Source: Myxococcota bacterium (GTDB lineage: Bacteria > Myxococcota_A > Polyangia > Nannocystales > Nannocystaceae). Taken from it: DNA of 64,000 nucleotides. Each line of letters starts with the position of its first letter. Position 1 is the first letter of the stretch. Shown here in pieces: positions 10,901-18,052 of this stretch. Under the pieces are notes generated by a model, which saw nothing but the letters and a program-made list of their open reading frames with translations, made no database searches and had not been told where the DNA came from. The position numbers and the translations under genes were made by a program. The stretch spans positions 72,016 through 136,015 of the forward strand of contig JBCCHT010000035.1 of NCBI GenBank assembly GCA_039028615.1. The letters run 5' to 3'.

Positions 10901-11894
10901 TTGGATGACGGTCCTACGCAACCTGTCGGAGCCAGGAGGGAGCATCACCGGGGGAGTACTGGTCGAGCTCGACGTCGGTAGCGATCGGAGTAAGATCACG
11001 CACCAGGTCCCGGTCGAACTCCACCTGGATCGGCTGCAGGCTGACGCCAGCGTGCAAGCGGAGTTGCTTCCCGTCGAGCCAGGCCAAAGCCCCGACCGGC
11101 TGCTACTCGGCAATCCAACCGACAAGGTCCTCCACGTTGGAGAACTTTCGGTCTTCCTGCTCCCCGCCCCGACCGATCGCGAAACCTCCTCGCAAGTCCA
11201 CGGAGCGAGCCAAGGCGCGCGCGGCTTCGTCTCGGAATGGGATGGCCAACTCGACCCCATGAGTTCGGTCGAGCTCGAGCTCAGCGCGCCCCCCGAGGTT
11301 GACCTCGATTGGGATGATGCCCTCGTCGAGATCCGGAACGTCGAGGTCGCCCCCCCCGCCGAGGGCTGGGAACGAGAGATTATCACTCAGCGGGAAACCG
11401 GGCACACCTCGTTCGACATCCAGGTGCGGGCGCTGAATCTTGGCTCCGACCGGGACGTCCCCGAGAGCTTCGAAGAGATCAGGCTACGGCTCCAGCCGTT
11501 GCGTTCGTCCATAGCAGATCCGCCTGATGGGCATCTAACGCATGGCAACGACACATGGGCGAGTCGCATTTACATCGGTATGGAAGAGCTGTGGAGGATC
11601 ACGAGAGACCAGGACCGTACCCGACTGTACCGGCTGACGGCTCAGGCTCGTCACACTGACTTCGATGGACTCGAGCAGCACATGGTCTTGTCCGTTCGGT
11701 TCCCGAGTTTTCGCGCGCTACTCGACGAGCGCCCGGAGTCCCGATACGAACTGCTCGACGCAAACGAAGCTCTCATCTCTACCGGGTTGGATCGTCAACA
11801 CGCGGCAGAACAAGTCGCAGAGCGAAGCAAGGCCGAAGAAACGACCTACCTCCGCGTCCACGACGATGAAGACAGTGACTCGACGAGGCGCTAG
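7962..11894 (+). CDS. Multidomain protein: 6 PLL/fucose-lectin-like propeller blades + 6 LGFP repeats + unknown C-terminal region
   Basis: Six W.SLGG...S.PA..SWG..RIDVF.RG.D..LWH repeats, then six I...W...GG..G.LG.P..DE repeats. GTG at 7962 with GGGAG upstream was chosen over the ORF start at 7683. Confidence 0.85.
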   Translation: MTWLGWESLGGALTSGAAVSFRKRGGIDVFARGNDSAVWHWRRVERGAEWVSLGGEVRGSPAAVSWGRNRIDVFIRGADDALWHKWWKNGWYGWKSLGGTLTSSPTVASWGRGRLDVFARGSNGGVWHLAYDGKWSKWKDLGHEIKGAPSAVSWGRSRIDIVVRGTDNALWHKTWRDRWTAWVSRGGSMTAAPAIASGGPRRLDVFTRGSDGELWHLRHGMRWGHWEKLRGHFCDHPGVVSWGPKHIEVLVRGWDGALWRKVWASRRINRRLHGRLPFAELGVEVLESMHERMKDLQGSACTPTGTLVVTGETTSLDLGDQRLVHHPDSGTHDVGGDILQRWESLGGVSGFLGQPISNEGTAADRIGRFNHFRGGSIYWHPRAGAFEVHGKLHAKWASLGSERSSLGYPTSNERPAPAGGRIGWFQSGAIVWHSQHGAHVLGPEIVDRWLSLGGGQGRLGHATGDEQTDEAGSKTALFERGVIYWDERSGALSLSLPIFSGWKETGGVAGALGAPVADEKNFNDGGRFVRFAHGYLFWQPRTGVYSLREPIVGKWERGGGLDGSLGHPIGKTTTLAQGVTYARFVGGALLSHPSTGTYSMPNAMLRRWISAGGPAGTLGGPVDDARPVAQGSTSVAMQFTRATLRQGEGPEEFSLHQDPDSRCPIVAAETTLDRDLDGALDSPIEDIDQEMWIPLLHWLERAQQRKRFTRDSFTVEFWHRPTSSSTIDPTRFLPVRPGSLQARLQGLNGSFEREMTVIWRQPNAPGQPPHLSARLDFSDDPDLAGKVKGAIQSDGSIEMSWQHHLARARTPGPGVDPLAPKQSFADSIYSHPDDPMWQDGPSRWREIRTAELPRTLYYRRVGREPIFELIPTSFRLGFDGRAGIPSVHPTLLDRGGDSTSDERHVLARFGGLPYMHAEEHTAARKWIEEHESVPFAHLIYSPIIGRFQQPTGLLGAKAIQIDAVPLNEYLWLEWDFAIELWMTVLRNLSEPGGSITGGVLVELDVGSDRSKITHQVPVELHLDRLQADASVQAELLPVEPGQSPDRLLLGNPTDKVLHVGELSVFLLPAPTDRETSSQVHGASQGARGFVSEWDGQLDPMSSVELELSAPPEVDLDWDDALVEIRNVEVAPPAEGWEREIITQRETGHTSFDIQVRALNLGSDRDVPESFEEIRLRLQPLRSSIADPPDGHLTHGNDTWASRIYIGMEELWRITRDQDRTRLYRLTAQARHTDFDGLEQHMVLSVRFPSFRALLDERPESRYELLDANEALISTGLDRQHAAEQVAERSKAEETTYLRVHDDEDSDSTRR

Positions 11895-13090
11895 TTCTTT
11901 AGTTTGCCCGCGGGTGCGAGGGGAGTGGAGGGCGTAAAACTTCGATGTAGTTCGAGTTCCACCGCCAGCCCTTCGGGCAGCGGCAGCTCCACGCTGACGG
12001 AGCCCGGCTTGTATCCCATTTTTTTCGCCCAGACGGTCAGTTCATCCGGTAGTTCGTCGGCCCGCACCTTCCACTCATAGCGCCCATTGGAATTTACCCG
12101 CTCCTTATCCAGGTGCCGCCCCCGCGAGCCGATACGAACCAGGGCATGCGGGATCGGCTCGCCATGCTCGTTCGAAACTCGAATTGGAATGAAATAGAAG
12201 AGGCGCTCCGGCTCCGGGAGTGCACCGGTCGTCGAAGCCGTAGCGGAGGACGCTTCTTCCCCGGTCGAGTCCAAAGTCGAAGCAGGAACCTCCTGGGTCG
12301 CACCTGTGTCGGGGACGGGCTCCGTGCCGGTCGAACCGGTTTCTCCCCCCTGTGGTGTATCGGCCTGAACCGGCACGGATGGATCCACTTCATCTCTTGC
12401 CGGTTTAACTGGGCGCTGGATAGCGAGGTCGACCGAGAGTTCTTCCTCATCGTCAAACTCGATTCGCTTCACGACCGATTTCACCGAGTCCTTCTTTGCC
12501 CACACGGTAATTTCACCGGGCGGCGATATTTCAAGCAGGAGTTCGTAGTCGCCATGCTCCTGCGTAGTCGTCTCTTGAATCTGATCGGCGTTGTGAACGA
12601 CGACGAGTGCGTCCGCGATTCCCATGGAAGGATCCCCGTCCTCCAGCACACGGCCGTAGATTTTCAGGACTCGCCCCCCACAAGAGCCACTGCTCGCCAC
12701 CAGGCCTTCCTGAGACGAGAAGTGAACGATGAGAAAGAGCGCCGCCACGCCGCCGGCAGTCACTTCACCCAGGGCTCGAAACTTGAACCGAAGGCCGATC
12801 TTGAGGCCGCCAACCAGCCCCCATAACAAAGCCGCTGAAGCAAGCGCCAGAACAACCGCAAGCACATGGGCTTGGCCACTGTTGTCTACACACATGGTGA
12901 AGACCAGTACGATTGCAGTTACGAGCAACACGCCCCCTACGCCACATGCGATCCATCGTCCAATCGCGGCTGGACGTTCAGAGTCTTTTCTCGCTGGCTC
13001 CACGGGACTACTCCTGTCGACCAGCGCAACTCGTGGCCGGTTTCGAATCGTACCGACGCGGTTGCTGGCTGACCACCCTAGGTGCACCAC
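11891..13090 (-). CDS. Membrane protein with about 3 TM segments and two carboxypeptidase-regulatory-like (transthyretin-fold) domains
   Basis: Hydrophobic N-terminal helices, then two GRV.D..G..I..A.V...T...G.Y-type repeats joined by a Thr/Pro/Glu linker. Start uncertain. Shares a CTAG stop overlap with the convergent gene. Confidence 0.65.
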   Translation of the reverse strand: MVHLGWSASNRVGTIRNRPRVALVDRSSPVEPARKDSERPAAIGRWIACGVGGVLLVTAIVLVFTMCVDNSGQAHVLAVVLALASAALLWGLVGGLKIGLRFKFRALGEVTAGGVAALFLIVHFSSQEGLVASSGSCGGRVLKIYGRVLEDGDPSMGIADALVVVHNADQIQETTTQEHGDYELLLEISPPGEITVWAKKDSVKSVVKRIEFDDEEELSVDLAIQRPVKPARDEVDPSVPVQADTPQGGETGSTGTEPVPDTGATQEVPASTLDSTGEEASSATASTTGALPEPERLFYFIPIRVSNEHGEPIPHALVRIGSRGRHLDKERVNSNGRYEWKVRADELPDELTVWAKKMGYKPGSVSVELPLPEGLAVELELHRSFTPSTPLAPAGKLKN

Positions 13091-13265
13091 ATGATGGTTG
13101 ACCTGTCCTCGGCACGAACCGGACTCCGCCTACGCACGAGTATTGGCTTGGTTGTCGACGACCATCACCACGAGACCTCTTGGAACGAACGTGCCAAGAG
13201 ACACTCGATGCCCGCCCCTAAGGCGTCACAGCTCTAGGCTCCCGAAGAACAACCTGGTGGCGGCG

Positions 13266-16250
13266 CTACAGCGTCGCCCGGAAGGCCTCGGCGTCGGTGA
13301 GGTCCAGCAACGCGACCGCTCCGGCCTCATGCAGCAATGTCAGCGCCTGCTCGGTCCGCTCGAGCACCTCTTCGGAACCTCCGCCGCTCGCACGCAGTGC
13401 CTTGGCGAGGAGCAGGCTCACCTGCCCCTGTTCGTGGGGAAGCGTGGTCTCGAAGCCCTCCAGGATCTCGAGGGTCTGTCGGGCCAGCTCGACCGCTCGC
13501 GCGGGCTGCTCTGCGCCGAGTTCGTTCTCGGCGAGGGCCTGGAGCGCAGCCGCGGTGACGCCATGGTGGAGGCCGAGCTTCTCCTCGAGCGCCTCGCGGG
13601 AAGTGGTGAGGATGGATCGGGCGTCGTCGTGCCGTGCCAAGGCGATCAGGGCTTGGCCCTGACGAAGGCGAGCCAGGTTCACGCTGAGATGGCGAGCACC
13701 GAGCTTGCCCTCGAGTACTGCGATGGCCGGTTCGACGTGTCGCAGGGTCTGCTCGGGCTGGCGTAGGTGGTGGTAGACGCCCGCGATGTTGACCCGCACC
13801 TGGGCGACCTTGGGGTGGTCCTCGCCCAGCAGCTCTCGACGCAACCGCAGCGCGTTCTCGTAGTGCCGCAGCGCCTCTCGATGCTGGCCCTGCTCGACCA
13901 ACACGGTGCCCATGTTGTTGGAGACGGAGGCGAGGTTGGGGTGATCGGGGCCGAGGGTGCGCTCCATCTGCGCTCGAGCACGACGCAGGTACTCCAGCGC
14001 CTCCGCGTGCCGTTGCTGACGACGCAGGGTCGTGCCGAGGTTGTTGAGCAAGGTGGCGCGCAGCGGGTGGTCGGGGCCCCGGTAGGCCATCACCAGTCGC
14101 AGCGCGCGATCGAACATGGCCTGTGCCCGCGAGTACTCCATCTGCGCCATGAGGACGGAGGCAACGTTGTTGAGCGGGTTCAGCAGCAACGGGTGCTCGG
14201 CTCCGTACTGCTCCTCGAGACGAGTCAGGGCCAGCTCCGCCGCCCGCCGGGCTTCGGCGAAGTCGCCCTGGCGGAGATGTGCGTTCGACAGGTTGCTCAG
14301 AGACTCGGCCACCCGCGGATCGGTGGGCGGGAGGTGCTCTTCGCGAAGGCTCAGCGCTTCACCGTAGTAGCCGCGCGCCTGGTCGTAGTGCCCCTGACTC
14401 AGAGTGATGGCGCCGTGGAGGCTGAGGCACGCGGCCCGCTGCAGCGCGCCCTTGCTTCGCTCGGCCAACCCCTGGCATTGCCGGACCCACGCCAGGCCAT
14501 CGTCGTGCCGCTTCAAACGTACGCCGACCATGAGCCCGAGGGACTGCACGGCGATCGCCGACTGTCGGTCGTAGGCCAGCGCGGCGGCGCCGAAATAGGC
14601 GTCCTCGAGCGCGGGCTCGGCCCGCTGATAGTCGCCCGCCTCGAAGAGTGCACGGCCAAGGGCCACCTGTGATTCGACGACCAGGGGCGGGTAGCCGACC
14701 TCGTCGGCTGCCGACAGCGTCGATTCGGCCAAGGCGATGGCCTCGTCCATCTTGCCCATGCGGGTGCGAGCCTCCACGAGGGCGAGGCGCTCCCGTTGCT
14801 GACGAACGAGCGCGACGACCTCGGGATCGACCGGAGGGGCGAGCTCGGATTGGAGCCACTGCGGGTTGGAGCAGCGGGCGATCGCGGGGAGCTCGGCCGC
14901 GGCATCGAGCGCGTGGTCGAGGACGTCGGTATCGGGCTCGGCCAACACCGTCACCAGGGAGCTGAAGGCGTCGAGGTTGGACTCGAGGCAGGTCATCCTG
15001 CGATCGAGCTCGGCGGGCGACTGTCGTTGCTCCACCACGGTGGCTTCGCAGGCCTGTCGATGTGCAGTCGCCCAGGCGTCGGCATACGCATCGGCCATGG
15101 GCTCCAGCCGAGCCCAGGTCTCCGATGCGTGGGGCGCCTCGCTGCCCAACACCAGCGCATGGAGTTCCTGCTTGCGCTGCGCGTCCCAGACCCCCTCCAG
15201 CTTGTGCGACGCATCCGTGCACTGGGGCCCCGAGGACGAGCCGCCCCACAGGCCCACGCCGACCGCCGTCGCCGCCAGGCCGGCTCCTCCCAGCCACCAC
15301 CAGCGGGACCGTCGACCCTCGCGTTGGTCACCGAGCGCGTCGAGCAGCGCCTCCATCGAGGGCCATCGCGCCCGGTTCTCGGTACACAGGCCGCGAAGCA
15401 ATACGCTGCGGAGCCGAGTGGAAACCTGCCGATCCGCGTTGATCGGTGGCGACCGAACCTCCCCCGCGAGCACCTGCACGGCGAGCGTATCCCAGTCCTC
15501 GCCCGCGAACGGATGCTCGTCGTACAGCGCCTCGTACAGGGCGACGCAGAACGCATACTGATCGCTGAGTGGGTCCGCCGGCTTCGAGGAATACAGCTCA
15601 GGGGCCATGTACGCGGGGGTGCCCGCGAGGTTGCTGTGCTTGGTCTGCGAGCCCGACGCAGTGGATGACGCCGGGCCCTCGGGCGCACCGCCCGAGCTCG
15701 GTGCCTCGACGTCGTCGAAGTCTGCCGCGCGAGCGAGACCGAAGTCGACGACCTGCACCCGCCCCTCACGACCCACCATCACATTGGAGGGCTTGAAGTC
15801 GCGATGGACCACCGAGCGCGCGTGCACAGCCGCCAGCCCCCGCCCGGCCTGGGTGAAGACCTCGAGGATCTCGTCGACCGAGCGCGGGGCTTCGTCCAGC
15901 CACGCATTGAGGGTCAGCCCGTCGACCCACTCCATGGCAATGAACAGGTGCTCACCATCGACGCCGACCTCGAAGACTTGCACGACGTTGGGATGCGAGA
16001 GGCGAGCGAGCGCTTGGGACTCGCGACGGATCCGTCGTTCGCTGACTTCGTCGATGCGCCGCCGCAGCACCTTGAGCGCGACGGGTCGGTCAGCGCGGGT
16101 GTCGTGGGCTAGGTACACCACCCCCGCCGCACCAGAGCCCTGCCGGGACCTCAGCGTATATCGACCGATGCGCCCAGGGGGCTCGTCGAGATCGAGAATC
16201 CGAATGTTGGGGTTCGACCCTTGTTCGGTCTCGTGAAGACTCGATGGCAT
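13266..16250 (-). CDS. Transmembrane Ser/Thr protein kinase with C-terminal TPR repeats
   Basis: VALK, HPNVV, HRDFKPSN, DFGLA, GTPAYMAPE, one TM helix, repeated GPDHP..A..LNNLG TPRs. Start chosen at ATG 16250. Confidence 0.93.
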   Translation of the reverse strand: MPSSLHETEQGSNPNIRILDLDEPPGRIGRYTLRSRQGSGAAGVVYLAHDTRADRPVALKVLRRRIDEVSERRIRRESQALARLSHPNVVQVFEVGVDGEHLFIAMEWVDGLTLNAWLDEAPRSVDEILEVFTQAGRGLAAVHARSVVHRDFKPSNVMVGREGRVQVVDFGLARAADFDDVEAPSSGGAPEGPASSTASGSQTKHSNLAGTPAYMAPELYSSKPADPLSDQYAFCVALYEALYDEHPFAGEDWDTLAVQVLAGEVRSPPINADRQVSTRLRSVLLRGLCTENRARWPSMEALLDALGDQREGRRSRWWWLGGAGLAATAVGVGLWGGSSSGPQCTDASHKLEGVWDAQRKQELHALVLGSEAPHASETWARLEPMADAYADAWATAHRQACEATVVEQRQSPAELDRRMTCLESNLDAFSSLVTVLAEPDTDVLDHALDAAAELPAIARCSNPQWLQSELAPPVDPEVVALVRQQRERLALVEARTRMGKMDEAIALAESTLSAADEVGYPPLVVESQVALGRALFEAGDYQRAEPALEDAYFGAAALAYDRQSAIAVQSLGLMVGVRLKRHDDGLAWVRQCQGLAERSKGALQRAACLSLHGAITLSQGHYDQARGYYGEALSLREEHLPPTDPRVAESLSNLSNAHLRQGDFAEARRAAELALTRLEEQYGAEHPLLLNPLNNVASVLMAQMEYSRAQAMFDRALRLVMAYRGPDHPLRATLLNNLGTTLRRQQRHAEALEYLRRARAQMERTLGPDHPNLASVSNNMGTVLVEQGQHREALRHYENALRLRRELLGEDHPKVAQVRVNIAGVYHHLRQPEQTLRHVEPAIAVLEGKLGARHLSVNLARLRQGQALIALARHDDARSILTTSREALEEKLGLHHGVTAAALQALAENELGAEQPARAVELARQTLEILEGFETTLPHEQGQVSLLLAKALRASGGGSEEVLERTEQALTLLHEAGAVALLDLTDAEAFRATL

Positions 16251-16474
16251 CGAGTCTGGATGGAGTTTGTCCGAAGGCACCAACGCAGCGGTCCGGGAGG
16301 ACGTCCTCGTCAATTCGTAACGAGTCGGTGGTCGCCTCGATGCAATCCAGGGCACCAACCTCGGCCGGTTTGCATCTCGCTCTTCACGCAGGGAACGACC
16401 GGCCCATATTGAAGCGAGGGCGATTTAGTCGGGAAGGAACGGTCCGCCGTTGGAGTTGGTGGTGACCGTCCACG

Positions 16475-17107
16475 ATGTACGATGCCCCCGTGTCCAACCT
16501 GCCCGCACTCGTCCACGCTCAGAGCCTCGTCGTTCAGCAGCAAAAGGAGATGCTCGAGGTCTTCACCGACTTCGAAACGGCAAATCGTTACACCATCCTC
16601 GACCCCAACGGGCGCACGCTCTTACATGCGGCGGAGACCAGCGAAGGCGCGATGGCCTTCCTTTCGCGCAGCTTCCTGAAGGCCAAGCGACCCTTCACGA
16701 TGCGCCTGGTCGATCCCGCGGGTACGGTCGTTTTCACGCTTCATCGGCCCTGGACCTGGTTTTTCTCGGAGATCCACGTCGAAGACGCCCAGGGCCAGAA
16801 GCTGGGGATGATCGACCAGCGTTTCGCGTTCTTCGCCCGCAAGTTCGCCGTCCTCGGTCCCAACGGGGAGGAGCTCGCCGAGCTGAACGGCCCCTTCTTT
16901 CGACCGTGGACCTTCAAGGTGGTCAAAGGTGGCCAAGAGGTCGGGGCGATCAAGAAAAAGTGGAGCGGGCTGATGAAAGAGGCGTTCACCGACGCCGACA
17001 ACTTCGGCCTCGAGCTCGGGCCCGCCATGGATCCTCAGCTCCGGTCGCTGGCCCTGGCCGCTACGTTCCTCATCGATTTCTTGTACTTCGAGGACACGGG
17101 CGACTGA
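16475..17107 (+). CDS. Phospholipid scramblase / LURP-one family protein
   Basis: E.FT.FETANRY, RPFTM, IKKKWSGL.KEAFTDADNF, A.FLIDFLYFE, all typical of Scramblase. Confidence 0.85.
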   Translation: MYDAPVSNLPALVHAQSLVVQQQKEMLEVFTDFETANRYTILDPNGRTLLHAAETSEGAMAFLSRSFLKAKRPFTMRLVDPAGTVVFTLHRPWTWFFSEIHVEDAQGQKLGMIDQRFAFFARKFAVLGPNGEELAELNGPFFRPWTFKVVKGGQEVGAIKKKWSGLMKEAFTDADNFGLELGPAMDPQLRSLALAATFLIDFLYFEDTGD

Positions 17108-17134
17108 GCGCGCCGCGATTTCAGCCCTGACTCG

Positions 17135-17998
17135 GTGCCCGCGAGTCACTATGCTGAACCGGTGACCGCGGGCGAGGGACGGCGAGGAGACGGGAGCGGC
17201 GACGCATCGCCTCGGCCCCGCGCGCCCGGTGTCGCCCCGTTAGCGGGCTCCGGGGTGCTGCTCGTCGCGACGATGCTCGCCAGCCCCCTCCCCCTGCGCT
17301 GGCAACCACGGTGGCTGCAGCAGCAAGGCCTGCCCGCCGCCCATGGGATTGCCGCCATCGCCCAAGGGCTCGTGCTCGGTGGGATCTTGGCTCTGCTCTA
17401 CGTCGAGGCCGTGCGAGCGGGGACTCCGTCGGCGACGACGGAGATGTGGAACGCGGCCCAGCGCAGCGAGACCGACCTGAGCTACGGCATGCTGACGACG
17501 ATGGGCATGGGGGTGGTGGCTCAGTTCGCGCTGCGGCCGAGCACCTGGGTGCTGACGTGGCTGGCCATCGATGGCTTCGTCCGGGGGCTCGATGCCTTGC
17601 TCAACAACCGCCGCACGCCGAGTTCGCCGCTGTGGCTCTTCGACGCGGTCGCGGGCTCGATCGTTCGTTTCGCACGAGCCCGGCTGCTGCTGTGGCGCCT
17701 GGGGCCGCCGCGGCCCCCAGAGCTGTGGCTCCCGAGCGATCAAGAGGTCGACGTGCTCGACCTGTATTGTTCGCGATTGCAGCCCTTCGACGTCGACTCG
17801 ACGCTTCAGGTCGGCAACGACTTCTTCCGCGTGCAGCAGCGAGTGCTGCGTCGGCGGCGAGACCGATCCGTGTGGCACTACCGGGCGCTGCCGCTAGTGG
17901 CCAACGAGTCGCTGCGAGGGCAGATATGGCCGATCGATCCGAGTGAGTGCGTGCGACCCGAGCCTCCGGCGCGAGACCGGACGGACACCGCGAGCTGA
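17135..17998 (+). CDS. Hypothetical membrane protein
   Basis: Several hydrophobic segments and host-like codon usage; no motif recognised. Confidence 0.6.
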   Translation: MPASHYAEPVTAGEGRRGDGSGDASPRPRAPGVAPLAGSGVLLVATMLASPLPLRWQPRWLQQQGLPAAHGIAAIAQGLVLGGILALLYVEAVRAGTPSATTEMWNAAQRSETDLSYGMLTTMGMGVVAQFALRPSTWVLTWLAIDGFVRGLDALLNNRRTPSSPLWLFDAVAGSIVRFARARLLLWRLGPPRPPELWLPSDQEVDVLDLYCSRLQPFDVDSTLQVGNDFFRVQQRVLRRRRDRSVWHYRALPLVANESLRGQIWPIDPSECVRPEPPARDRTDTAS

Positions 17999-18052
17999 GG
18001 CGGCGATGAGCATGGCCAGCGCGAGCGCCCGTCGTCTCCCTCGACTCGCCTG

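Noticed and set aside
11891..11894. Shared CTAG giving stop codons on both strands
   Set aside because: A common convergent-gene overlap with no evidence of function.
16208..16222. GGTTCGAC T-loop-like motif suggesting a tRNA
   Set aside because: No cloverleaf around it, and it lies inside the kinase 5' coding region.
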